Shown in pieces: positions 37,546-50,049 of a DNA stretch of 64,000 nucleotides. Position numbers and translations under genes: made by a program. Position 1 is the stretch's first letter; every line of letters begins with the position of its first letter. The notes below the pieces were generated by a model that was given only the letters and a program-made list of their open reading frames with translations, was not told the DNA's origin and did no database searches. The stretch is taken from positions 4,526,001 to 4,590,000 of the forward strand of contig CM007990.1 of assembly GCA_002189035.1 (NCBI GenBank), read 5' to 3'. This DNA comes from Utricularia gibba (taxonomy: Eukaryota; Plantae; Magnoliophyta).

Positions 37546-37769
37546 TATTCGGATCCATTTAAATTGGCAACCATGGCTGTTTATCGCTGCTCTTGTATTT
37601 TGAGCACCTGACGATCTTCTCATAATCACCTCTCTGCTATTCTTGTTCAGATTCCGGTTCAGGTTCCGGTTCCTCGCAGTCGGCAACGACAGATTGATTC
37701 CTAGTCTCTCGCATTGTGAGAGCTCTCGAGGGTTTTGATGCGAGCTGACGACAAGTGAGCAGATCGGGG

Positions 37770-40730
37770 ATGACGGAGGTTGCTGGTGAGGGAAGTGTGG
37801 GCGCGACGACGGAGCACGTGTCCCGTGACACTGGCGGGAATGCGGCGGCTTCAGGAGCGGCGTTGTCAGTGTCGGCGTCGTTCAAGGGTACGACGTCACG
37901 GCGGAGGGCGTTTGTACGACCTAGCGTCGACGCGGATGAGTTGATAGGCTCGCTCCACGGTTCGGATCCGGTGAAGCTGGAGCTTAATCGACTTGACAAC
38001 GAAGTCAGAGGTTAGTCTCTGTTGCCGGATCCACAAGATTTGCCTTGTCTTTTGAATGTGAAACGCCGTCGTTTTGGCTGCTTTCGCATTAACTCCTGTG
38101 TTTTTCCTGGGAGCATCACTTAACGTTTCTTTTGTTTTTGTGTTTCCTGCAGATAAGGAAAGGGAACTGGGAGAAGCGCATTCACAGATAAAGGCGTTGA
38201 AGCTCTCTGAGAGACTTCGGGAAAAAGCTGTTGAAGAGGTTTTGTTTAGCACACCTGATTACATTTTTTTGGTATCTGAAAAACAAAGACGTTTAGCATT
38301 AGCCGTCGCTTTCAGTTAGCTATTGATTATAGAAAGATTTAGCAGAATCAAGTTTCAGAAATATATGCGTTTCTTCATATGGTTTTTCTAATGTTCCAGC
38401 ATTTTGCTGAATCGAAAAGTAACCCAAGGTTTCCATTTTGTTATAGTTGACTGATGAATTGTCGAGGGTCGAGGAGAAACTTAAATTAACGGAATCTCTG
38501 CTTCAGAGCAAGGTATAATGTTTCTTATTCTGAAGTCATTTGTCCCTTTTTTCTGGATATTGTTCTGTAGATATTAATGCCGTTTAAGATCTTCTTCTTG
38601 TCAGAATCTTGAGATTAAGAAACTTAATGATGAAAAGAAGGCCTCAATGGCTGCTCAGTTTGCTGCTGAAGCTACTCTTCGGAGAGTTCATGCTGCCCAG
38701 AAGGATGATGATATGCCTCCAATTGAGGCCATTCTGGCTCCGTTGGAAGCTGAACTCAAACTGTCACGACAGGAGGTTTGTGGTTTCAGCAGTTTGCTCT
38801 TCCGTTTGGCCTCTTAATTTCTTATCTTTGTCTCAAACTAACTCAATTGTCCACTTAGATTGCAAAGCTACAAGATGATAACAAAGCATTGGACCGACTG
38901 ACAAAATCCAAAGAGGCTGCTCTACTTGAAGCAGAGAGAACTGTGCAGATAGCAATGGCAAAAGCGTCTATGGTGGATGATCTGCAAAACAAGAATCAAG
39001 AATTGATGAAGCAGATAGAAATTTGCCAGGCATAACACATTTCTGTGATTTCTCGTTTTTGTGCCAGAAGTTTTGCTATTCTTTTTTCTTATCCATTTAC
39101 CACCTTTTTTGCTATCGTGTCAGGAAGAAAATAAGATACTGGATAAAATGCATAGGCAAAAAGTCGCTGATGTTGAAAAGCTAACCCAAACTGTTCGTGA
39201 GCTTGAAGAAGCCGTGCTTGCTGGTGGGGCAGCCGCAAATGCAGTGCGTGATTATCAGAGAAAAGTTCAGGAGATGAATGTAGTGATCCATAATTCATTT
39301 CCTTTATAGATTCTTGTGCAGTCAGTAAAATCAAGTATATCGAAGGCCATATTTCACTTTATTTCAGGAAGAAAGGAAAACTCTTGATAGGGAGCTGGCT
39401 CGTGCTAAGGTTACTGCAAATAGAGTTGCAACCGTGGTAGCGAATGAATGGAAAGATGCTAATGACAAAGTAATGCCTGTGAAGCAATGGCTGGAAGAAA
39501 GAAGGTTCTTGCAGGTGCTAACATTCCACGTCATTTGTCACAATACTTGTAGTTGTACGTAATGAGAGGTCACTGAGTTGAATTCCGGCTGAACTCTGTT
39601 TCTATTTCGCAGGGTGAGATGCAGCAACTCAAAGACAAGCTTTCTGTGGCTGAGAGAACTGCCAAATCAGAAGCGCTGTTAAAAGTAAATGGTTCCACTG
39701 AAAGTTTTGGTTAATTCTTTAGAATCATGTCATCAAGGGCCTTCTGAAATTTCGGACATAACATGCTTTTTTAACCTTCTCTTTCAGGAAAAGTTTCAAT
39801 TACGACTGAAGGTTCTTGAGGAAACCTTGAGGTCACCAAATGTCCCGCCTCGTGGAACTTTGGAACCAAGAAGCTCAAGCAATGGTCGCCGCCAATCGCT
39901 TGGTGGAGCTGAAAATATGACCAAAATAGCTGCAAGTTACATTTTACCCAAAAGATCCCCAACTTTTCAGAGTAAATCCTCTAGTAGTTGTACAGTATTG
40001 AAACATGCAAAGGGGACATCAAAGTCCTTCGATGGTGGATCACGATCTGTGGACAGGAGCAAAGTCCTTTTGAATGGATTAGGCCGAAATTTCAAGCAAA
40101 GTCAGTCCTGTGATGGAGCTAAGGAAATCGAACAGCCTGGTTGTACCTGGAAAGAAATGCCCGAAGGAAAAACCAGTGATGTACAAGTTGGAGTGGATAC
40201 CGAGGATGCTGTGCCTGGTTTATTATACGATCTTCTGCAGAAAGAGGTGATTTCTTTGAGGAAGGCTGGCCAGGAAAAGGATCAAAGTCTTAAAGACAAG
40301 GATGATGCAATTGAGGTCTCAACACTTCTACATTTACCATCGAACGTTTTCATTGCCTTTACATTAAGATTTCCTGTCCTCTTCAATGATCAGATGTTAG
40401 CAAAAAAAGTGGACACCTTGACTCGAGCAATGGAAGTCGAGGCTAAGAAGATGAGAAGAGAGGTAGCTGCTATGGAGAAGGAAGTAGCAGCAATGCGCGA
40501 GGATAAAGAGCATGACAGCAAATCGAAAAAGCTTGTGAATGCAAAGAGCTCCATCAACACTTCCCAGTTGCTGTCTGGAAGGTATGGTCCCCATGCATTA
40601 TGAGCCAAAAAGTATATGTTGAACTCATGCCAGCCCTTGTCCCTCTGATAACTTCCACCATTCCATCTGAGACAAGCTCCCCTTATGCAGGATCTTATCA
40701 AGAAGCGGAATGACCCGGAGCACACAATAA
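37770..40730 (+). CDS. MAP70: Microtubule-associated protein MAP70; multi-exon
   Basis: LHGSDPVKLELNRLDNEVR|DKERELGEA...AAQFAAEATLRRVHAAQKDDDMPPIEAILAPLEAELK...LLYDLLQKEV...MLAKKVDTLTRAMEVEAKKMRRE...SGMTRSTQ*. Confidence 0.95.
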
Positions 40731-41510
40731 CAGATAAATACTTCTGCAGTAACCTTTGATCTCCTGGTTTTTGAATCTCCTGTATGTATGATGCTTATGC
40801 TGTTTGGCTTTTTAGATTATTAATTAACCCAGGAATCCAAAAGTCGAGCTGCTCATCAAACCTTCTCCTTTTCAATAGAGTGAGCTGTATGTATGCCTTG
40901 GTAAATTAGAATTTGTTGCTTGTTTTTTTATCAGTAAAGACGGCATTTGGTGCTTGTGGGGGAGTCTTCATTATTACCATTGCTTTTTTTTTAAAAAAAA
41001 TTTAAATCCTCAGCCTGATTTCTTCGTTTGCCACATGAATCATTGAATCAAGATGTCTGTCTCACTGCAATAGTCTTGAGGACAGGTGTTCTCATTGATA
41101 GCTACTGTGGAAATGGTCTCCCCCCGTCATCATAGTTGTGTTGTTATTTGCTAGTATTCTCATTATTTTATAACCTGAATTTTAATGAATCTGTTAGTAT
41201 TCTAGCACATGTCTAGACTTGGTAGGGGTAACTTGATCACTTCTTTATATGTATTGAATCCCAGTCCAAATGCCTAGGCCCAACGACCCTAGCCTACTCT
41301 CTCGCAAAAGTGTGGAGTTTGGTAGCTAGGCAGTTGGTAGGGCAAGATTGGTAAGCTCTTCCAAGGAGGATCCACATAGTGATTGGGCCGGCCCACCAAT
41401 CACCAACGTGTTGGTTCTGGGACTTGGATGATTTGGGACTACATCCATTGCTTCTTCCTTCCAGTTCCTGGTTTGCCGTTGCTCATCCATTGCCATTTCC
41501 ATCTTCATGG

Positions 41511-42359
41511 ATGATTTGCCGCAGCTTCTGCGGCTCCTTATCTAAACCCGTCTTCCCCTTCCTCCGTAGTTGCCAAACTCCTCATTTCGCGGTCATGCCC
41601 GTCCACTCCCTCCTTCAGTCGCAAAGTCGTTGTGCTCTGTTCCGGTTTGTAACATGAATCCGGTAACGAGTGAATTGGGGATGGCAACTGGAGTCTGCAT
41701 TCCGCACACTGATGGTGCGGGAAGGTCCGAAATATTCATCGTCCTTGGGAACCGTATTCAGCTCCCGAAACCGAGGCGGCTGATAATTGTGAACAGTGGT
41801 CCTAGTGGCGTGGGACAAGAGGCCCTAGTCAGAAGACTGCAGATTTGCATTTTGTGGTCACTGCGACTAGGTGAGCGAAAAGGCATGGTGAAATGGGAGG
41901 TAAAGATTACTTTTTTTCCGGAGCAAAAATGAATACCTGGGAATGGTTTAGAAAAATGAGCTGTTGTTGTAAGCATTAGTGTCGGTGATTATTAGGGGAT
42001 TCCCCGAGCGGCAGATAAGGGATCATACGGCTAAAGGCCGCAACATTGTTTTGAGGGTGGATATGCAGGGTGCTGCACCATTGAGAAGGTTCTTCAGAAA
42101 TAGTACTGTGTGTTTCTGGTGGCAGAAAGTGAGGTGCTGGTTAAAGACTGATGGATAAAACTCTGACATTTTCGAGGCTTTACTGATGAGAGTTGCAGCT
42201 GCTCTGGAGGTGCTGAGGGATATGAAGGAGTTTTGGAGTTCAGAAATAGTACTGTGACGTTATACGGAAGGTGAGACGGAGAGCTCAGTGAAAGTTTTGG
42301 AGTCCATCATTGATGCTGAGAAGGCTAAAGTGACCAAGTCCTTCCCAAGCTTTGGTTAA
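41511..42359 (+). pseudogene. Plastid/mitochondrial guanylate kinase pseudogene (GK3/V2 type)
   Basis: Transit-like N-terminus and recognisable blocks SGPSGVG[Q], LHFVVTAT, GKDYFF, NELL..ALV.GDY*GIP, IVLRVDMQGAA, FLVAESE, ESIIDAEKAKV. In-frame stops at 41970 (TAA) and 41993 (TAG), several frameshifts, and a P-loop Lys>Gln change. Confidence 0.88.
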
Positions 42360-42854
42360 TGATGGTTCCAATGATATAGTTCTCCATGACTACTACATCG
42401 CCATAGTTTTTATTATATGATGTCTTTGTTGTGAATCCATTGTTGTCGTGGATCCATCATCTTCTTGTTTTTTGTTTCTCCATGGCTGGTTCCCGTTTTT
42501 TGAGAATCGCCATGTTGTTCTACATGTGCTTTTTGCGTCAGTTGTTCTGGTTTCCTCTTGAAACTTCAAAGGGATTGCCAGTGAGTAGTGTGTATTGCCA
42601 CTTTCGTTGCCCTGATGTATATTGTCACATGCTTCTGTCTTTTTTGTCACCTAATTCAGCCTTCCTGTAACCTTTCTTGCCAAAATGTGGATCATGGAAT
42701 TGTGATGACTGGGGTTCTGACCTTAAAAGTATGAGGATCCATGCCTTGTTTGATTGAAGCTTGTTTAAAACTTTGTTTTGAGCGATTTCCAGTGACCAAG
42801 ATTTCTGAAATCCGATCTCAAAAAGAACTTTCGATCCCTAGTCCGTTTTTCGAG

Positions 42855-43263
42855 ATGGCGGAAAATGAGGACTCTGGGAAGGGGAAATTCGAGAGCTTCG
42901 TTATATTGCAGGACGTTGCAAAGAGGCACAACGTCGGGACTCTTTCATTGGCCTTCGGAAGCCGTGGCTCCACCTCGCACATGCGTGTCCGCCATTTGCG
43001 CTCCCGTTCATTGGCCTCTACTTTCCTGCAGGTTAATTCCCACGCTAATTTCCTCCAGGTTAATTCCCGATTCCTGAAAATCTTTCCCTTCATTGCCAAT
43101 AAGACGTTAGGTTATCACGTTGTCTCTGTTCTGCATATTCTGGGAAATGTCAATTTCGTGAATGATTTTGATTTTTCTCTCATGTGCACTTTGATTGCTA
43201 GATCTCACATCTTGTAGTTTCCCATTGCTATTACGTTTATTCAACTCTAGCTGGCATGCAAAG
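42855..43263 (+). other. Unassigned short ORF with splice signals (orphan first exons or uORF of the downstream EEP gene)
   Basis: Good Kozak context GAGATGG and 59 open codons to CAG|GT at 43032 (alternative donor 43059). A 13-nt candidate exon 43251-43263 is flanked by AG and GTAAAT. No family recognised. Confidence 0.35.
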
Positions 43264-44230
43264 GTAAATGAGTTGCTGTTAAAGACTGTAATTTTAGTTT
43301 TCCTGGAGGGTGACCGCCGTTGAATGGTGTGGGGTAATAGAAAAGATGTGTACCCGTTATGAAGTATCTTCCTTTTTTCTCTACCTTCTTTTTGTCAATC
43401 AATTTTTTTGGTGATTATGAGAGGGGCTGTGATATTTTTGGGTGGAGATGGTCGATAGTGCGCCATGGCAGTGAATGATCGTCCATTGTGAAGAACACTA
43501 TTCTTCGTGGAATCGAGGTAGAATCATGACTAACACTTGCGTGCTGATTCGATCAATGGAAATGGAATAAGCTGCAAATGAGTTACTCAGACAGAACAGG
43601 GGAGATGCTGCTCCTTCCAAAGTCTTGGATGCATTATTCTGATTGTAGCCTTGGAGCTCAAGTTTTTGCGATGGTGTTCACAAGATAACCCACTTGATGC
43701 CTAACTATTTTGGTGGTAGCACTATAAAGCTCTAACCAGCTTCTTCTGGTTGTCATTTGTTGGAACATGTTATGATTCTTTATTTGCAGTTATCTTCAAC
43801 TAAATTCCACTGCTGCTTCCACGTACAGTTAATAAAGCTGTCCTTAGACTGAGTTTTGGTGATATACGGTTGGAAAAGAATTGGATCTGAAAGTCGAAAA
43901 ATCCCGGGTTTCCTTTGCCCAAAAAGAAGGGGAAACAGTTTTTCCGGTATCTCTAAGAGTGGAAATATTGGTTAGCCTCTAGATGCGCTAAAGTCTAGTA
44001 GCGGGTGGGGTTGGTTTCTTCTTCTGTAGTTGTGGTCCAATTTCAGGAAAAGCCGGCATTAATTGCTGTAATTTGTCAACATTGAAGTTCTACTTCTAGG
44101 AGCAGTTGCCTTGCTCTTTGTATTTTTGTGAATATATACTAACCTCTACTGCCAATTCATATATCATAGTCCCTTGTTCTGTATCTTTCTTTCTTTCTTT
44201 CTGTGTATAGAGATCAGAGTTGCCCCTGTG

Positions 44231-45704
44231 ATGCTCAGTGCTGTTAGCAGAAGCTTTCTAGGCATTTGGTTGAATCTACGCCGGTTGGTGTGGCGCCGGC
44301 CGCGGCCCAAGCTGGTCGTTAAAGGGTTGAAAAAACTGCACTCAAAAATTCAGCCTGCCAAGAGGAGAAAATGCAGATGCAGAGACAGTCAAGATGATCT
44401 TGTGAATGATGCCCTCACACACAGGACCATCAGGCTCGCAAGCTTCAATGTTGCATTGTTTTCCCTTGCTCCAGCAGTTCCTATGGATGAGAAACCAATG
44501 GATCACATCCCGAAAGGGGAAGTAGATCACCCAGTGACAAAATCTGTAGTTTCGGTTGAAACCCAAACACAGAACATGGTGATCGAAGTTGATGATTCAA
44601 CTTTCAGTTTTGAAAATCATCATCTTGGAGCTCCGGTGAGGTCCCCTATAAGTTTCCCGGCCGTAGGTGACTGGACCCTGATGGGCAGAAACATCCTTGA
44701 TGTGCTCAAAGAGGTGGATGCTGATATCCTGGCTCTGCAAGACGTGAAGGCCGTGGAGGAGAACGATATGGAGCCACTTTCCGATTTGGCCCGCGCCTTG
44801 GACATGAACTACGTGTTCGCCGAGAGCTGGGCGCCGGAGTACGGCAACGCCGTTCTCTCAAAATGGCCTATCAAGAGGTGCAAAGTTCAAAAGATATGCG
44901 ACGACAGAGACTTCAGGTGCATTCCATAAACTCCTTCTACTCTCCATTCTCGTGTAGTCTGATCATGTTCCAAGTTTGATACCTCTCTGTGAGACAGGAA
45001 CGTGGTGAAGGCCACCATTGATGTACCTTGGTCTGGGGAGCTGAACTTTTACTGCACGCAGCTCGACCATTTGGATGAGACCTGGCGCATGAAGCAGATC
45101 AACGCCATAATCGAATCCAGGGATCAACCACATCTCCTGGCAGGAGGACTCAACTCTCTGGATGCATCAGATTACTCATCAGACAGATGGAACACCATTC
45201 TCAAGGTACTAAACCAACACCATTTCTCCCAAACTTCCTCCATGAAACATAACTGGTATGGCATCCTCCCCAGTATTACGAGGAATTAGGGAAGCCAACT
45301 CCAAAAATGGAAGTAACAAGCTTGCTGAAGCAGAGACACTACACTGATGCCAAAGATTTCAGAGACGAACATGAGCCACTGATGATGACAGCTCAAGGCC
45401 AAAGTGAGACAACACCCAACTCTAAACACACTCATTATGCTACCCACTGATCTCACTCAAGTTCTTCCATCTTCTAACAGACACACAAGGCACTTGCAAG
45501 TATGGCACCCGGGTGGACTACATTCTGCGTTCACCGGGGTTGGACTATGCGTTTGTTCCGGGATCGTACTCCGTTTATTCGTCGAAAGGAACCTCGGATC
45601 ACCATATAGTTAAAGTGGACATCACTAGAATGGATAGTGGGAGGAGGAGCAAGCAGAATGGGATGAAACAGAGACGGAGAGTTTCCTTTTCAACCAAGCT
45701 CTAG
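44231..45704 (+). CDS. Endonuclease/exonuclease/phosphatase (DNase I-like) family protein; 4 exons
   Basis: IRLASFNVALFSLAPA, DADILALQDVKA, VFAESWAPEYGNAVLSKWPI, TQLDHLDETWR, GGLNSLD, GTCKYGTRVDYIL, GTSDHHIVK. Confidence 0.92.
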
Positions 45705-46211
45705 TTGCCCTCCTTACAGGGCCCCAAGGGGAACTAACAAGTTGCTGACTGCATACATTCTTTCTGATCTTGAGGAGACCATCAAATCCTCGGCAACTGT
45801 AATATTCTGGATTGTAATTTCAACGTTGTAAAATTAATTTTATTACATGATAAATCTTTATTTTCATAAAAAAGAAAAATTCAGAATTATTTTTTTATTT
45901 GTTTTACTTTTTGTTTTATTAAAAAAATCTATTTTTAAAGGACAGTTATTTTTTTTTTAAAATAGCAATAATGTGATGTGAGCCCGGCCCAAAGAGTAAT
46001 ATCTGTCTATTTGTTCGATGCTCATCGAGAGTAGTTTCCAAAAAGGCCCAGCGTCAGATAAAAGCCCCAGGGTCTGGAGTCAGGCCGATCGACAAAAACC
46101 TCTCCGATCATCGACATCCGCCGTGGTGTGGGGGTGCCGTCATACGCTGATAAAAGCTGACATTTCGCGATTCTTTTTCTGCTTAGAAGAGGAATTTTTT
46201 GCTTTGCGGTG

Positions 46212-47368
46212 ATGCCGAGGTATTTGTGTCTTGCCTCCTCATTTTGCTATTGCCTCTGGAATCTGGTTTCAGTCCGCGAGAAGGCTGACCTAGTTTCCTC
46301 TCCCTGCAGGTATTACTGTGATTATTGCGATACTTACTTGACCCACGATTCGGTATGTCTTTCAATGGCACTTGGCGTAGCCTTGAGCTCGTAAAATTCG
46401 TTTCTTTTTTGTGCTTTTGTGAATATTGTTTAGTACTTTTTTTCTTATTGTAGTGTAAGTTCGTTGTGTGAATTTGATTTTTCCTGCAAATGTAAATCGT
46501 TCCATTCATTTGGTGGTGCGCTGGAATCTAATGTTGTCCTTCATTGTAGCCTTCTGTTCGGAAGCAACACAATGCTGGTTACAAGCACAAGGCAAGCCCT
46601 TTTTAAAACTGCTTTACACTGCTCATTTTGATGGGATTTTATGCTGATGAATGTGTATCTTGGCGTAGGCAAATATAAGGGCCTATTACCAAAAGTTCGA
46701 AGAGCAGCAGACACAGGTTTTGCTCGAGCAGAAGATCAAGCAGCATCAGGCATACCACCAAATTGGTGCTGCTTATAACCAACATCTCTCTGCTTTTCCA
46801 GGAGTTGCTCCACGCTTGCCTATCTTGCCACCTCCGCCTATGCCTTTCCCTGGCGCTGTTCCGCACCAGTTGCCTCCTGGTGTTCGACCTCCCCTTATGC
46901 AAATGCCTCCAAGTGGTGGTGCCCCTGGTAATCCATCAATGCCATATTGCCGTTGCTTTTACTAATGCAGTTCTGCCTTTATGGTTAAAGGGGCTTTTAG
47001 CAATGTTTTGAGCCCTCATATGCCATTGAGTACGTCTCCTTTCTTGGCTTTCAGGTTATTCCAACGCTCCACCAATGACAGGGCAAGCTCCCCCAAGTGC
47101 ACATTCTCTATATTCGGCCCCAAGAGGAGGTCCTCCACCCCCGGCTATGTCGCTAATGCACCACCAAATGCTGTCAATGCCGATGATGCTGATGGCAATG
47201 ATGATGCCCCTGCTTCTGCACGAAACTACCCATTCCAGAACAATAGTGATCGATCAGGATGATTTGGCGAACCTGTTTACTTTCATGGTCTCAAGACAAG
47301 ATGGAAGAGATGAAAGATTAGAGATGAGATTGATGACAGTTCATGCTATGAAACTTGGGAATCCATGA
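46212..47368 (+). CDS. U1C: U1 snRNP protein C; 5 exons
   Basis: Exons 46212-46219, 46310-46352, 46550-46591, 46669-46927 and 47055 onward give [38 protein letters not shown] (zinc finger) plus a Pro-rich tail. The end is 47368 as assembled, or 47262 if one C is missing at 47138-47142. Confidence 0.93.
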
Positions 47369-47552
47369 GCTCAAAAACTTCCAACTGTATTGCTGTTACT
47401 GTTGCTAACAAGGAAAGACATCATCACCCTGCTTATGGTTTACAAAGCGATCAATCTAATCCAGTAATGCTAAACAACAATCTTGGCTAAGTTGTTGATT
47501 GAGAAATCACCCGGCTTCGTTGCATCACAAACAACCAGCAGCAACATATCAT

Positions 47553-48003
47553 TCAATGTGACGTTTTAGTAGCATTGTCCTGCTTATCTTGTTCCCTCCA
47601 TGGGTTCAGAGCTTCCCTGATGGCTTGGGCTTCTGGCGTTGCGTCCCATACCCGCTTCTCCGACTCTAGAACAGTCACCTTATCATCTACTCCCAAAAAA
47701 AAAAAAAAGGAAGCTTCACATTTTGGATTGAAAAAAGGGACATTTACAGAGCTTAATCAAGGATTATATATCGCAATTTCCAGATATTCTAAGAATCGTG
47801 CAGTTTTTCAAGCACCTGGAGTGTTATCTCCAACTAGGGAATTAATTCTATACTTGATTCAGATCAATCAAAAAAAAAAAAAAAAAACGAATGAAAAGGA
47901 AGGTTCTCACACAGAAGCCAGTCTTGATCATGAAAAGCTCCATGGAACCTCCAATCGCAGCAGAGAAAACTGCTATTTTGATGTACCAGTCCAGGAATTT
48001 CAT
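47553..48003 (-). CDS. Small conserved single-TM protein, UPF0640/SMIM4(UQCC5)-like; 2 exons
   Basis: Exons 48003-47913 and 47686-47553 give MKFLDWYIKIAVFSAAIGGSMELFMIKTGFYDKVTVLESEKRVW...EAQAIREALNPWR. The family assignment is from recall and is tentative. Confidence 0.75.
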
Positions 48004-48504
48004 CAGCCGCCCCTTCGAACTCGGCGTCGGAAACTGCAAGCTAAGGGAGTTGGTTCAAACGCCGGGACGCTGCTTAAAAGACCCCAGCCTTATTGGGCCG
48101 AACTCCATCCCGGCCCATTAACTGGATAATTAGCCTCATTCTTCACAACGGCCCATTGTAGATGGTAAGCAACTCTCCAATCTAACAAAACTCTTAGTCT
48201 AATAAAAATTGATGTGCTTTTAGCCTCATTTTTTTAAAATTGTTTTTCAAAGCTACCTTTAACAACCTCGGTGGTGTTCCCGGAGTCGTATTTAAAAGCC
48301 GCGCCACAAGATTTTGGAATCATTTGACAAAACCGAACCAGACAAACAAACAGTTTTTTAGATAGTAAACAAGATTTATTCGGACAACAGTGTCCAAAAC
48401 CAACTACAGCATGTCTAGATGAAAGCGCACATGTAGCAGATTACAAGAATCCCAGGAACAATCAACCAACCAATCAATCTACGGGGCAAGAATTGCATCT
48501 CATC

Positions 48505-49588
48505 TCAGTTCTTCTCCAGTAGCGTTTCGATGAGGTCTGCAGCCTCTTGAACGGTAGTGATGATCTGCGCACTGTCTTCCTCGACGGTGATCCCGAACTC
48601 CTCCTCTAGACCCATAACAATCTCAACCTACGACCATAAACAGGTGAGGGGAAATATCGACCTGAAAGGAAGAGTGAGTGACTAAGCTGTAGCTTACTGT
48701 GTCGAGGGAATCAGCCCCAAGGTCGACAAACTTGGATTCCCCGTTGATATCACGTTCATCGGGGAGAGCCAATTGCTTCTTGACGATTCCTACTACCTTA
48801 TCCACGGTCTCTGGTTTGGCCTGCAAGAACCAAATTAATCGGAATCCCCATGGTTTCACACATTCTTGTAGAGTGTGATGTGCATCTCAAAGGTTTCATT
48901 GAAAAAATTGAGCAACGAATAAAGGTGATGTGCAGATGAACACGTACTGCACAGGCAACGCGGAGGAGTGGTGACCTCCGAGAGGAAGAACCCCTGCTGC
49001 TGAATGAAATCGAAGTCTTCCCAGTGAAAGCCTGTTTCCATAACAAATATGAGTGGACACCAATGGTAAAGCCACTGATATACTGAAACACCCGAATTCA
49101 TTGCTTGCTTCTATTGAATTACGATTTGCCTCAAAACAACACACTGCATCATCAAAATTAGGGAAGAAGCCAATACGGGCATCGGACTTGAGCGCAAAAA
49201 GATGATGATTATCTAAAAAAGAATAGATTTTTCGCAGTGAAGGAAAAGGCGGACAATTGAAATCGATAGCAATTGACAATAATTTTCTTTTTTCCCTTCA
49301 TCGTTCAATCCAGTAACTTTTTTTTACAGATCTCTTCCTTTCAAATCGGCTATTGAGGATCCACCAACATATACAGAAGGCGAAAAGTGAAAACAAGTGA
49401 AGCGAACAACACGTTGACTACATCTCAAAAGCCAGGCAACTCAGCATAGATCTACCCTAACTCGCACCTTAACACCGAAGGCGAAAAGTGAAAAAAAGAA
49501 GAATCACGGGAAACAAACCAACCTGGCTGCGCTTGAGTGAGAAAGAAACCTTGGTGAACGAGAGAGATGATGCAGTGATACTCGCCAT
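48505..49588 (-). CDS. ACP: Plastid acyl carrier protein; about 4 exons
   Basis: [13 protein letters not shown] transit exon, RVACA|AKPETVDKV, phosphopantetheine site LGADSLDT|[11 protein letters not shown]. Confidence 0.95.
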
Positions 49589-50049
49589 TCGTGAGGTGCT
49601 TAAAAACCGATCCGCAAGAAATGAGAGCAAAAGAACAGATATAAAGAGAGTTGGCGGTGGAGAGCTCGAGGAGTCAGAAGCCTATCACAATCGACAGAAC
49701 CGTGAGATGTAGCGGATGCGAGAGGAGGAGGTGGCGGAGAGCACGAAGAGGTCCGAATCCTATCACAAACAGCGCAATGGCGATGCATAGAGTGCGTCAG
49801 CCCATAAACAATGGGCCGGCCCAACATGAAACTTTACCTACCCAAAACAGCCATACAGAGGCCCAAAAATAAAATGATTTTTATTTATTAATAAATATAA
49901 AATATTAGAAAACTTCTCAACTCATGACTTCTTATCTTTCATTTTCTTTCTAAACAATTAAAAATTTGAAATATAAAAAAATAAATATAATATAATATTT
50001 TTTATATTACATTTTTCTATCTGAATGATAAATGTAATGATATGAACCT

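Noticed and set aside
43410-43730. Fragments like GCDIFGWRW resembling the TBL/PMR5 N-terminal domain
   Set aside because: Similarity is limited to a few residues across different frames with stops; not enough to call a pseudogene.
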